From Anthoceros angustus (Eukaryota > Plantae > Anthocerotophyta): a stretch of 64,000 nt of DNA. Each line of letters opens with the position of its first letter. The stretch's first letter is position 1. The position numbers and the translations under genes were made by a program. Below are positions 37,031 through 50,051 of the stretch, in pieces. The stretch covers positions 992,001 through 1,056,000 of the forward strand of contig MU008171.1 of the NCBI GenBank assembly GCA_010909165.1, written 5' to 3'. Below the pieces are notes generated by a model, which saw only the letters and a program-made list of their open reading frames with translations, did not search any database and was not told the origin of the DNA.

Positions 37031-38031
37031 TTGCGATCACGCTATCACTTTCATCGACCTCTGCAAACTTGCATCGATTGCAAGCCTCACGATGTTTTAA
37101 ATGACGTGCTTGGGGTGGCGGGAACTTCAACCCACCGAGGAAGGCTAGAGGCTCGAGCCGGACCGTATCCTAGATACCACACCTCCGTGGCAGCGACGGA
37201 ACTTTAACCCACCCGGTAGGGAGGCTCGGGCCGGACCGTGCAAGCTTCATGCTATCCTGCCAAGTATGCCGGGTATACCCAAGCGAAGATTGCAAGGTAG
37301 CGATTTGGTTGTAGGAAGCATTGAGCACGTTGTTGGGCACTTGCTGGGCACTTGTTGGATCGCAACCATGTGAGATAGTGGTCGTGTCTATAGTGATCCT
37401 TCACGAAATCGCTAGCAGCAAAGCGACTTTTGATGTACTCCACTTTGTTCCCTCCAGAGAGAATCCTCCAGCTTCCTCTTCTGCGATGGCACTCCTTCTT
37501 CAGTGTTCAAAACCCGCTAGGGCCTCAAGTGAGTGCCTCTTGCGTGGTTATTGGAGAAATGGAGTATGTGGCATAGGTGTTTGATGTGATGGCCAAGACC
37601 TCACCATTTTGTGATTGATGATAACAAGCGCCAAGTCGCGTTGCCTTTGTCCCACGCGTCCACGTCTCATCTCACGTCGTTGTCAAGTGAAAATCGTCAT
37701 CATCATTTCCCATTGCTCTTGAATTTTCATGATTCGCACCAATTTGACCTCGCATGTTTTGTCACTCACTCGCTTGCTCGCTCTCCAAAGGCGATGGCGC
37801 GCCAACAAATTTGGCAATAGATGATGGATCGGGGTATTGGCTTGTGGATGATGTCGAATGTCAAGTAGCGGTAAGCTCTGAGCGACATGAGGAAGGCATG
37901 TTGGAGGAGCTCCATGCGAACAAGGTTTGGAGCGGCGAACAAGGACGATATGGAGGAGAGGTGGAAGCTAGTTTCAAGAAGCCGGAGGCAAGTTTCAGCA
38001 GTGTAGTCATCGACCGGGCGGTCATGCATCG

Positions 38032-39381
38032 TTGGGCGAGGTGCAAAACACATTAGCGGCAATCCATCCTAACACGATCTTAGACTATGTGGTAGATCGT
38101 ATGGGGCGGGCAGCTGTCCTTTCTGCAATGAGGGGATCGAGGAGGAATCCAGAACAAACCATCGAAGTGGAGGAGATGGAAGAATTAGAAAACAATGATC
38201 GCGATATTGCCTTTGGTGGCGCTGATTACGAAACTTGGAAAAAAGCATGTGCTCGGATACGAAGATTGGCGGCAGCAAGGTTGGATGTCCACAGGGCATG
38301 GAGTGCTCACAGTCTGGAGAGAAGATGCGAGTTAATACATATCATTACCTCAGAATTTCCCACCGTCACTAACACATCTTTGATCGTGCAAAGGTTCTCT
38401 CAATGTCTGTAAGAGCAGTGCCTTAAACAAGGCCGCAGAGCTTCGAGCTATAGCGATTGTAACCTTTGGGGCGTTCAAAGGATAAGAAAAGCTAAGATGC
38501 CTTCTTGGGCGAGCCGGTCTTTGACAAAAGTGTAGAGGCGTAAATTGCGATTCTAAAGAGGAAAAATGCCGGGGAAGCGATTGCGGTGAAACAACAAAAG
38601 CAGGCAGCTTCCTCTCGGAGTAAGGAAGCGCAATCCCTTGGCGGGGTGGCGAGAGGCGCTTGCGAGCTTCGAGCTATAGCGATTGTAACCACCGGGAGGC
38701 GTTCAAAGGATAAGAAAAGCTAAGATGCCTTCTTGGGCGAGCCAGCCTTTGACAAAAGTGTAGAGGCGTGCGATTCTAAAGAGGAAAAATGCCGGGGAAG
38801 CGATTGCGGTGAAACAACAAAAGCAGCTTCCTCTCGGAGTAAGGAAGCGCAATCCCTTGGGCGGGTGGCGAGAGGCGCTTGCGAGCTTCCTTCAAGAAGA
38901 AATGGGAAGGAATCCTACAGGCGGTGGCCTACGCAACAAAAGCAGGGTGAATAATATGGAAGAGTTCTTAGCTGCTCGTAGCAATCCTAATGATATCGTA
39001 CAAAATGGAGAAAGCGATTGGAAGCGGAGGTGAATCTGGAAGCCGTGGAATCAAGATGTGGGCGGAGGCGTGAATCTGGAACTTGTGGAAGATGTGGGCG
39101 GAGGCATGAATCTGGAAGCCGTGGAATCGGAAGATGTGGGCGGAGGCGTGAATTTGGAAGCTGCGAAAGTGGAAGCTATAGAATCGGAAGCCGTGGAATC
39201 GGAAGCGAAGCAGTTAAAAAATGTGGCAGGCCAATCTTCTACAAGACCACGCAGGGCATGTACGATGCAACAGCCTATGGTTGCTGCCTGCGATAGGAGG
39301 AAGAAGAAGGTGGTCCCAATAGCAAACAAGAAACAGAAGCTGAGGACTTCGTGCCCATTCCCCCTAGGTATCACTAAGTAG
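38032..39381 (+). pseudogene. Putative second CACTA ORF (TnpA-like), divergent from the transposase
   Basis: Protein-like frames 38032-38412 (YETWKKACARIRRLAAARLDVHRAWS..IITSEFP) and 39058-39381 (acidic repeats, basic RRKKK tail). The assignment is positional only. Confidence 0.4.
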
Positions 39382-40279
39382 CAGACACGGATACCTTGCG
39401 CCCTTTGTAGATGCCGACAGCAGCATCACCTCAACATGTAACAGAATGATCTCTGAAAATGTAACATGTAACGGACTTGGTGTCCTGCCGCGAGTATGAT
39501 TCGGAACTGTTGCCCCCGAGCTCTACTTTCGGCTAATATAACTGCCTTGGCTTGCGTCACCTTTCGGCGTTCGCTTTGCCATGGCGGATTGCAGCATCCA
39601 CAAATTGCATCTTGGGCCTACATTTGCCTCTCGCAAGATATCAGCAACATACTTCTGATCGGATCGGTGTTACACTTGGAACGCTCGAGACAAGGCCAGT
39701 TGTCAAAGCATCCAGATTTCGAGGATCCTTTCTTGCAGCTTGTCTACACGGGAGTTCGTGCTTGGGGCAAGGACGACCTAAGCTCGGATGCCGGTTTGGA
39801 GCGGATTCGGAGGCGGATTAGAATGTCTTTGGAGGATGTGCTTGGAATCGGAGTCGACTGTGGACCAAGAGAAGGAGAAGCGGCGGAGACTAGGTACCTT
39901 GTGCTCTAGAACCCTTGTGCTCTAGGATTGCCTTGTGGCTCATGGATGGAAGGCTGTATTCTGCTGCTGGTGTCGGTGCATTGATGCTGTATGTTGCGCA
40001 GTGTCTTGTGAGACGAATAATTGGCCACCAAGGAGCGGGGCCGCAAAGGTGCCGGTGAGAGTGCCTTGTTGGCGGTCCATCCATAGCGCAAGGAAGCCGA
40101 TTCGGAGACCAGGGATGATGATGAGGAAGCCGTCGTGCGATCGGAGGCCAGGTCAAGAAACACATGGGCATATTGAAGATGGCTTGTCACGCTGATTCTC
40201 CTGCTTGTCCCCAAGTTAGAGCAAGTTCCGATGTTGATGAGCTTTCATCGATTCCGAACTGTGCCCGTGGTTCCGCCAC

Positions 40280-43200
40280 TTCTGTTGAAGGTAACAAGGT
40301 TGGGCTAAATGCCAAGGTGGCATCCGCGGCACCTTCAGCACCCGCAGCCTCCGCGGCTTGGCAAGCTATCGAGAAGGTGGTGCTGGGAGAAGCTAGAGGT
40401 GGTGGATGAGGAGGAGCAGGTTGAGATTGCACCGGTGACATCGCTGATTTTCCTCTCGATCTTGATGGCCGCCTCCCTTTTACCTCATTGGCCCATGAAG
40501 AGGGTGGAGCCAATCCGTACCGTCTATCTCTTTGGGAAGGTGGATCATCTCCCAAGCGACTTGGAAATCTGCCGTCATGCGACTGGGACCGTGATGGTTG
40601 GAATGAAGTTGGAGTCGCCTGTGCTTCTGCAGTTCTGTTTGGTCGTAAATATGTCGTTGCTACGTTGTCGTGCGGAACATTCAGCGGTGCGTTTATGCCA
40701 TTCCTGCTCAGCGTCTTCCACAGAGCTAGCGCTGCTCAAGGTCTTTACAATCGGACGGAATGCGAGTGGCTTTGATTGCCAAGTTGCAGTTATCTTCTCT
40801 TCACTTTTTACTTCTTTACAGGAGTAGTTTGTTGTTTGGTCACTTGACTCTTGGAGCCCGTCCGATCTTGTAGGAGCTGGCAGGTGACGTGAAAGATGAG
40901 ATTGCTCAAAAGGCTGGATCTTAACGTGGCGAAGTTCACCATGGTTCCCGTGAAGGTAGAATGCACGCCTTTTGCTGTAACGTGTGTGACTTGTCATAGC
41001 AATTGCTGAACAAGGTGTTTTCTTCGCTTTTGCATTGCAGAGGTCATCAGCGTTTGAACGACCAGATGTGACAAGTGGGGAGCACTACTTCATAAAGCTA
41101 AGCTACCCTTTCAAGGTTTGTGAAACGTTGCTTTTACACAATGGTCGAGGTTACAAGAAGGGCATTTGACGTGTCGAGTCACTACATCGTGATTTAGGAT
41201 ACATTCCAGATTTGAAGTGCGACATTTTCGGCTTCTTTGGGACACAAACCGAGTTCAAGCTCTGAAACATAATGTGTGTTCACTTTTCTGCCACAAGTTG
41301 TTGTCCGTTGTTCGCGAAGTTCAGGTCTTCGCTTTTCCCGGTGGTTTCACATTTGTTATCGGCAGTGCCCTTGAACTCCTGTTAATTAAGAAAAAGATCA
41401 AAGGACCATGCTGGCTGTCAAGAGCAAATCCTGTGTTTCGTTCGAGCCCTTCTCAGGTGTCTGCTCTACAAATCTGTCTGGTTTATCCTGCTCGTAGTCA
41501 TGTTGAATTGCTGCCATACTCCGTCCTGTTTGAGATCTAATCCTTCTCTTTTCTTCTCTCTATCGTTTGGAAAGCAGGTTAGCTAGTGCAAGCTCAGTTG
41601 TTTACTGTCACCAAGTACAGGTTGGTCGTTGCCTCCGGCGTTTGCAGCTCCGTGCTTGGTAGAGCATTTGTGTGTCTCTCTCATTTTTCTCTGGCCTTTA
41701 GTGAGAATTCGTCACCTGACTAACTCAAGCCATCCCTGGACGCATTTGGACTTTGAAGGGGACGTGCAGATGTTATCAAGCCATTGGAACACCCACAATA
41801 TGCTTAATCCACTTCAGCGTGGTGCGAAAGCTTGATGGAGGCATTTTTGTGACTTCCACCAATGCCAAAGCCGGCTCAAATGTCTTAAGCTGCAAAGGAA
41901 GGTATAAAGCTATCGTTCCTGCTATGCTGCCAACGGAAGTGAATGAAAAATTCCTCTGCTACAGCAAAGCTTGGAAGTCCATCTAATTCTCATTTTGCTA
42001 TCAGTGAACGAGCTATATTAAACAACTTAATGATCAAGTTGCACCAGCTAAATGCGGATATCTTGGTGGGGCACAACATTTCTGGATTTGACCTTGATGT
42101 ACTCCTTCACCGGCGGTAGGAGTTTTTCTACTCGACTGGTTGGCCTGTATGGTTCAATATGGTTTCCCAGTCGTGATCACTCCATCCACAGTATCTCATG
42201 ATTTCTCATGGACTCTTTGTTTCGAGATCTAATAGGCTTGTAAAGTTCAAAGCGGTATGTGGTAAAAATTGGGGTGAAGCTTCCTCTTCTGCGATGAAAT
42301 GCTCTGTGATGCCCAAACTCAATGGAGGTGGGAATACCTTGGTCAGGAGCTGGTCCAGGAGCTATGGCTGCATTGTTGGTCGGTGTTATGTGACACTTAT
42401 CTCGTGACCTTGTTAAAGAGGTAGGAACTGGCTGTTTCTAACACTGCTTAGCGCCAGAACTTGTGAAGACAGTAGGGACTGAATTTTCTTCACCCTGTTT
42501 GATGTAGGTAAGCTATTCACTAAAGCAGCTCTCCAAGAGCCAGCTAGGTCGGAGAGGAAGGAACTTATACCTTGAAATTCCATCCATGTACAAGACATCG
42601 GCGTCCTTATGTGGTGGGCAAAAGCTGTGGTGGGGCAGCCATGTTGCTTCCAGCCATCAAGATCGCTTGTTGATCTCTGCTTGCCAAGGAGTTAAGCAAC
42701 ATGCCTTGATATCATTTTGGAACGGCTGGTACTAACGACGCTCTGGGTATTTCCTTTGCAGGTTGAATCAGGCGATGCAGCTTTCGTTGAGTTTGATGTC
42801 TCATTTGAATGTGCTGCCATTGACTAGGCAGCTAACCAACATCAGTGGAAATCTCTGGGGAAGACTCTGCGGTGAATACAGCTCATGTTTTATTTGCTCC
42901 TTTATGCAAAACGCCAACTCTTGCTGGTGATGGTGAGGGATGCTCTAGATCTTTGAGTGATTTCAACTAGAAATTACAGACTCACAATCCTCATGTGACA
43001 GGGAGCAAGGGCACAGAGTTGAGTATCTGCTGCTCCATGAGTTTCACAGCCGCAAGTTCATTGTCACGACAAACTTACTCTCCGAGAAAGAGCGAATTGC
43101 TGTCAAGTGGAAGAAGTTGTCAAGCCTCGAAGTCGATGATGGAGAAGAACTGGTCTTTGGAGATGAAAATGTCCAGGAAGAGACTCTTGCTGGGCCACTT

Positions 43201-44640
43201 GGAAAGCGGGAAAAAGGCCCTGCTTATTCAGGTGGACTGGTTCTGGAACCCAAAAGGGTCTGTATGACAAGTACATCCTCCTTCTCGATTTCAATAGCCT
43301 CTACCCATCCATCATACAAGTGAGCCCTCACTCACAAGCACTTCCCATTCATTTGTTCTTGATTCTTTTCTCCTTTCAGGCCCTAGAGCAACCTTGACCA
43401 TGTTTTGAGCCTGCAGGAATACAATATATGTTTTACAACCGTAGAACGATCTGAGGATACTATTCTGCATTACCAACATGCGACACTCCTGGAGTTTTAC
43501 CCAGGTACATGGCTTGCAACGTTTAGTTTTTCTGTTAATGGCAGTCCCAATTATTTCTGATCACATGAAGTATGATTTGTTGGGCTTAGGTTCTCAAAAG
43601 CCTGGTAGAGGAGGAAGCAAGTGAAGCGAAACGCACGTCGACAACTTGAAGTATCAGTTGGATATTCAACAGCAAGCACTGAAGCTTACTGCCAATAGGT
43701 CAGTGCTTCGAATTTGAGCCCACTGCTCGTCTAGTTACATTTCCTGTTCCAAGTCCCAGAATTGTTCTTGCTTAGTTGACGCTGATGTGTCTTCTCGTTT
43801 GTTGTTTAGTATGTGCTTGAGGTTCCCAAATTCGCGACTTTATGCAAAACCGATAGCTGAGCTCATAACTTCCCAGGGCAGGGAGATCCTGCAAAGTACA
43901 GTGGACCTCGTGCAGAACACACTTAACTTTGAGGTCTGTGTCTCCTGCAGTCTTTTACTCGGAAGAACTCATTTTGATGCACAGCGTGCACTTGGCGTGT
44001 ACTACGAAAATGGTCAGTTATCTATGGAATCTGAGACTCAATAATGACCCACGCAGTCGGTGAGAGAGTTCCACATTAGACCCTTTCGGCTCAAGAGGAC
44101 CCATGACGAAGGCCCACGAGGGAGAGACTCACCCTCCGAGCATCCATAACCAACCCGAAAGGTGACATCTTGATTATGCCACCTGCTTTCTTCTCAAAAT
44201 TCTAGATCCCGTGATATGCGTTGATGTTGTGATTCGTAATTCCTTTCTGACTTGCCCCATCACACGGATGGCATAAGTTTGTCTATACACCGCAAGCCAA
44301 GGATTCTAAACCACTAAGTGACAAGCTGTTTTGTAGCGCAAGAGGAAATGAGGGTGGTCGGGTAGAATTGGACAAGTACATCATTACGAAGACTCTAACT
44401 AAAAATCCAGAGGAATATCCGGACTCACGCAACCAGCCTCACGTTCAAGTACGAGACAATGCTTACGCCTTGCCGTTTAAGTGAGGTGCTACTTTCACAT
44501 GGCATTTCAGCTCATCCATATATTTGATATTCCCCATTGTCTTGTGGCGGTCGCTCGAGGCGAAGACTAAGTGGGCATAGGATTGGCTGTTCGTTGGGGA
44601 CACTGTACCATCGTTATTTGTGTTGAGCGGTATTGTTTAC
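40280..44640 (+). pseudogene. POLA1: DNA polymerase alpha catalytic subunit, multi-exon partial copy with indels and stops
   Basis: Exons in order: TVYLFGKV, FTMVPVK|..AFERPDV, ALELLLIKKKIKGPCWL, HFSVVRKLDGGIF, ILVGHNISGFDLDVLLHR, VLPLTRQLTNISGNLW, AYSGGLVLEPK..LLLDFNSLYPSIIQ|EYNICFTTV, DIQQQALKLTAN, ITSQGREILQSTVDLV, VIYG..DSIM, KYIITKTLTKNPEEYPDSRNQPHVQV, GDTVP.VICVE. Confidence 0.92.
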
Positions 44641-46214
44641 TGCTTGCATGGTTTGTGTCTCCTCATTTATCAGCTGCTGGTGGCACGATCACGCCACCTC
44701 CAATCGAATCCATACTATCGGCCGTTTTTGGCCACCACGGAAGATGATATTTGGTGGCGGAAAGCGATTGGGAAGGATGGTCGCATGTTCCCGATTAGCA
44801 GCACCACCACCATAGTGGATTGCCCGGAGGCTCAACGGCTTGGAGGTACTTGAGGCGATCTTCACATGTTGTGCTATTTCGACTCTCACTTTGCATGACA
44901 TGTCCTTGTGCTGCTGCGATGTACACTCGTCCTCTCCCGATATGCTTGCAAACAAGCACATCATCGACATAAGGACATGGAACTTGTAATCACGTGGTGG
45001 TCCACGATAATGCACTGGGGACTTAGTGGCCCAATTGTGCTCCGCCTCTCGGCTGGGCGCCCATCGACTTTGTCATCGACTATGAAGGTACTGACTTGGC
45101 TGCTGTTTGTATCCAAGTGTGAGGATCGGCTTGTCGGAGGTCTGACGACGTCCACTTGGCAGGTAGGTATCCTGTGGGTCGATTTCATGCCTCACCTAAA
45201 CTCTGAGAGTGCCTTGGACAGCTTCTTAAAGCGCAAAGAGTCATTCATGGTACGTCCACAACTGCCCCTCCTCACCTGCTGCAGATAGAAGATCGTTACC
45301 TCCACTTGGTAATCTTTTTGCTTCTGCAGGTTTTTGAGTAGAGTGTGGCTACCATCTTCATACACACCATGCCAGGTTATGTTCTTTACAGGAGGTATCT
45401 TAGTTCATTGCCAATCAGTACAGTTTGATTGAAGCGCAGCTGCCCTTTCACATCGCGTTGGATCATCACAATCGGTGCTTAGCCTTTGTATGAGACCTAT
45501 CATGGCGCCTACATAAACATCCAGTCGGGACCACAATGTGGATCTTTTGCAGAGTGGAAGTGTGATTTTAGCATTTGCTTACCAACAAATTTGCAACTCA
45601 AAGACACTCGGTTCGGTTCTTGTTCCAATGCATGATCACCCCGAAGTGCTAAGGGGATATCTTGAAGGCTCCTTCTGCAAGTCTGAGTTCATGGTAGGAG
45701 GGAGGCTCGGCTTGCACGATTGGTGTTTTCCTCCAAATGAGTTGCAACTCATCTGTTGACCGTCTAAAGCGTGGTAAAGAAGCACCAAGTCCCTACATAC
45801 CTCCATGAAATTTGAATTGAGTGACCTTTAAGCTCAAGTGGCGGCATTCGACAAGGAAGTCGAGTTCGATTGTTTCTTTTATTTAGCTTTGAGGTATTGA
45901 GGCGAGATTATTATACTATCACTTCTCGCCTGCATATGTTCATACTATTGAGAAGCGGTTTGATCACTTTGGATATGGCGAGGCGAGATTATTATACTAT
46001 CACTTCTAGCCCTCTGTATATGTTGATACTACGAGGCGGTTTGATCTCTTTGGATATGGCGGAGTCCTTGATGACTTGGCTGCGGATAAGCGGACTCAAT
46101 TGACCTGGAGCATCCCGTTATCATCCCACCATTTTTTAGTAAAGTATTTTTATCGAGTAATTATTGTTTTATTACCCAAATGGGGAATAATAGAAACGGG
46201 AGTGGGAGCAGTGC

Positions 46215-46350
46215 ATCTGAGCGGGCGGGAGCGATGAGCAGGAGCGGTGGGCGAGAATAGCGGGCGAGCAGCGGGCGAAGCAGCGGGCGAGCGGGCAGCG
46301 GGCGAAGCAGCGGGCAAGCAGCGGGCAAGCAGCGGGCGAAGCAGCGGGCA
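46215..46350. repeat. GC-rich CACTA subterminal repeats (gcgggcgaagca)
   Basis: Tandem agcgggc(g)a(a)gc units, followed by cgttgtttt sub-TIR repeats at 46490-46600. Confidence 0.75.
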
Positions 46351-46621
46351 GGAATGTTGGGCGACAATGATGAGCAGGGGCGGTGGGCAGGGGCGTCAAT
46401 AGTAGCAGTGAACGGAAAGAAAGAACAGGAACGGGGTTGGGGGTATGGGTTAAATATGAGTTAGGAAAAACAACGGTTCCTAAATAACACAAAACGAAAA
46501 CAACGGTGTTTCGTTGTTTTCAGCTAGGTTCGGGTGGCCGTTGTTTTTCCAACTTTTCCGTTGTTTTTTACAAACATGCGTTGTTTTCACACGTTGTTTT
46601 GGATCCTCAAATGTAGTAGTG

Positions 46622-48407
46622 AGAATCTATGTACCAGGTGTGTTGTCCGTGTGCTGAAAGACATGAAGCTACGAGGGCTGAAGGTGGAGGGCTGGTCAGA
46701 CTAGGTAATTGGCTCACTTGCGTGAGAAAGGCCTTTGAGTGTCGCTTCATAGTGAGGGCGAGTTGCCCTGGTTGCCTTGGGTTGGCTGCAGCTAATCGTT
46801 TCCTGCATTCTTCGTAGGTGTGACCGGGGATTTTACAGTATCCACATATTGGTTTCCATGAAGGATTATAAGCTCCATGTCCTCTATTGCTGGGGTAAGT
46901 GCCCACGCCTCGTGTCTTGCCTCTAAAGTTGTTGCGGCCTCACCTTTGGATGCAGCGTCTGTGAAAAATGCTCTTGATGAAGATTCCCACAGCAAATGAG
47001 TGGCTGTAGTTTCCTTCTAGCCTCTTGATCGACATTGTCTTGATAACCTTGTTAATGATGAGAGGTTGTACGCCTTGTAGGGATTGACGACACCCATGAC
47101 TCGGCAAGGTGGACAAGAGAAGAGAGATCTTCTTGGATGGCCAAACTGTGGCGTAAACTTTGTCATCCGGCTCCTAAAGTGCATGGTATGTTGATCCACA
47201 GTCGTCTCGGACATTGAAGTCAGAAGAAATTTTAATAGTGTGCAGTGTGCATAATGTATTGAGGCATATATGTCGTATTTGTTTTCAAGCTTCACGGTCT
47301 CTACCGCGATTTCTTTGGGCGTTCCACGACCTCATGGATTGCATGAGGATGTTTTTAACTGTTGGTTTTATCTTCCACTCCTCTTTCTCTGCTGCGGTGG
47401 ATGCTGGTTGTGCTTTGACGAGGAGGGTTTCCGCGCCACCAACGAGGCCCATAGCTTACGTTCTTTCAAAATTTCGTAAGCGAAATTTCCAAGCAGTAAT
47501 TGTCTTGTTGGTCGAGCGGTCCTCTTTTGACATGCTGATGGAGGATGTGGCCATTGTGGTAAGTGCTATAGATTGGCTGCTTAGAGGGTGATAACTGTGT
47601 GCCTAAGTAGACATGTGGTTTCTACTTGGAGGGTGAGTAGAATTTTGTAAAGTCTGCAAGTGGTATTGGGAGCTGTTGGCCTCTAAGTGCTGCGGTTTGA
47701 ATGATGTTGTTTTGAAATTCTCCAATTTCGGTGTTGGAGGCAAGATGTAGAGGTTGTCCGGGTGAGCACAGCACTTTGAGGAGGCGGTTTTGCAGAGGTT
47801 TTGTAATGCATATTATGGATTCCTTAACTTGTCTTTGGATCAATTGGGGTGTGCCGTCAATCGTAGTTGTAAACCGCCTGATCATTGTGTGTTGTTTGGT
47901 ACCTTTTATTGTGTGTAGAGAAAGAGAGGTGTACGTATGCCCAATCATAGTCACGTGGGTCAACAAAGCCTCTCAAGTATAGTTCTTCAGCAATTACAAG
48001 AAGCACGGAGCGGTCCGGATCGGGCATAGTGCCATAGGTTTCCTTCGCTTCCTTGGTGGCACTCTCTGGCTTCTTTGAATTTCAGGGTTTGAGCAATTCT
48101 ATTTGCTCTTGAACCTCTGTTGCCTCTGCGTAAGCCCGGCATGCTTATAGATATTTATGTCTCATTGTTATGTCTGTAGATATCGTGCGGTGGCGCCTGC
48201 TCGATACCATGTGAAGGTCGCATATGGACCGGGATCGATTGTTCAAGAATGGATTGAATAATAAGCATGGCGAGGCGGTGCTCAAATACACAAGGGCTGT
48301 GCCCAAGCGTCATGTGTTGTAACCGTCACGTGACGTTTCGTTATGTGCCTATTAAGTTACGCTTTATGTGAATCGTGCCTAAGGGCTAGGGTGCTACATC
48401 GTTAACA
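46622..48407 (-). mobile_element. copia-A' 5' part: LTR, PBS, extra ORF, gag, start of protease
   Basis: LTR 48210-48407 (TGTTAAC...TTCACA) and PBS at 48199-48209. Gag ATG at 47554 (MATSSISMSKEDR), zinc knuckle CGYCKIPGHTYEEC, and GQLALTMKRHSKAFL shared with copia-A. Ends at WYIDS. Confidence 0.9.
47581..47885 (-). CDS. Homologue of the copia upstream extra ORF (one frameshift)
   Basis: MIRRFTTTID... versus MINEYTTSFD...; the C-terminal 20 aa are 11/20 identical to 507-788 with the same stop position. Confidence 0.6.
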
Positions 48408-48844
48408 CGGCACCGAGACGCCATTTCTTTAATTGGCAAGTTGAATGTGTGTAGTTCTACGATCTTGTCTCTCTCAAATTGCACGTGCTATGGGCAGCTG
48501 CCCACTCCAATCCACGCTTGTAGGCCGGACTCTTGGTTTCGAGACAAGGAAGTGCTAGCTTTTGATGTGGAGTTTGTGGCGGCGTCTGAGGCGAGCTTCC
48601 AAGCATTTGAGCAAGGATGGGAAAGATGATGACACACTCGCAACTTTGCGAAGCACGGATTTCAAGGCGAGGAACGCAGGCGGTGAAGTGGCACCGCTGG
48701 AGCGACGGAGGTTCCGGCACGGATCCCACCACTCCCCGTGATGCATCACAGTGCGATGGATCCGCTGGCGGGATTGAGAGCAACGGCGGGGTCTCGTGCT
48801 CACGCAAATTCCGTGATCTACGATCTTGAGGCGGCGTGGAAGTG

Positions 48845-49870
48845 TATTGGGATTTACATTCGGTAATCATGCGGTTGAAGCATGTTACAAATGTAGTTCC
48901 GGTAGTTAGCATTTCCGATTAGAGCAGTTAGAACGATTACCACTCCTATGCTATTTAAGAACATGATGTTACCTTACTTGATAATCAATGACAACTGCTC
49001 TTCGTAGATTACATGCTCTCTCTTGCCATCTCCTGTGATCCACGGATAGCATAATGCACTATCGCTAATAGCATTATGGTATCGAGCCCGATCGATTTTT
49101 GGATGTTGATCGCGAGGAGCGCAAGTGAGTGGCATCATTCGCGAGGAAAATGGCGAAGAGAAAAGGCGTGGTCTCATCCTCGCCGCCTCTCTGTGCCCAG
49201 TTGTCAAGGCGAAGAGCGATTGGGCGCTCACATCACGACCTAACAAGATTGAGAGAGTCCACTCCTTGCTCAACGATATGACCTCGAGCTCCTGTGGAGT
49301 AATTGTTTGAGCAAGAAGATTTCTCAAGGATCGAAGGCTGCCGGCGTGACACAAGCAAACCCCAAGAAGACGACTCGCCTTCGTCTTCAACTCGTGAACT
49401 CCGGCCAGCGCGCAAATGCTCGATCGACTTGATCAAGAAAATGTCCGGAAGCCTCCAGTTCTTGACATCATCGCAACTTCATCCGTAAAGACTCTTCAAT
49501 CCACGGTGCTTCCGGCGGAAGCTCTTCTCATTAAGAGCGGACATTACTCAAGCTTATGCAAGATGTCTCGACTCGTATCTGTGAGGATGAAGTGTATGAT
49601 CTTTCCTTTCTGCTTGAGCCTCAGAGTACTGAGTGGGATTTTTCTCCGCAGCCCTCTTGTATAGAACTAGTGGTTTTCTTCAAGCTCCTGCGGCCATGGC
49701 AAATCCAAAGACCTTTAGCTCCTCTTAAAATAGAATTCGGAGATAAAGATAGGTTCAATGGTGTTGACTACAACATCGGGCATTAAGGCGACCCGGATCC
49801 TAGAAGAGCATGAGCTTATGCAGTTGCGGATGGGTTAGACCCAAGGTAAAAGCTCCAGCTAGAAGTCTTG
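48845..49870 (+). mobile_element. Duplicate 5' end of copia-C (LTR 48845-49076, PBS, leader, gag start)
   Basis: The unit of about 1.2 kb at 48670-49875 repeats at 49875-51080, including the host exon flank and AAGTG. Confidence 0.85.
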
Positions 49871-50051
49871 ATCAAGCGAGGAACGCAGGCGGTGAAGTGG
49901 CACCGCTGGAGCGACGGAGGTTCCGAAGCTGGATCCCACCACTCCCCGTGATGCATCCCACAGTGCGATGGATCCGTGGCGAGATTGAGAGCAACGGCCA
50001 CCGTGCTCACGCAAATTCCGTGATCTACGATCTTGAGGCGGCGTGGAAGTG

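Larger units (their letters stand above)
30309..46621 (-). mobile_element. 16,313-bp CACTA/EnSpm transposon carrying a captured DNA polymerase alpha gene segment
   Basis: Perfect 30-bp TIRs CACTACTACATTTGAGGATCCAAAACAACG at 30309-30338 and 46592-46621. The 3-bp target site reads GGA/AGA (one mismatch). Flanks rejoin as copia WYIDS|GAS. An internal TnpD-type transposase is present. Confidence 0.9.

Noticed and set aside
39496-40270. N-terminal exons of POLA1
   Set aside because: There is weak resemblance (LERSRQG, acidic DDDEE stretch), but it is too degenerate to include in the call.
40280-44640. The family B polymerase as a Polinton/Maverick or viral protein-primed polymerase
   Set aside because: The motifs and many GT-AG introns are those of cellular Pol alpha. 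There is no integrase, ATPase or capsid gene, and the ends are CACTA.
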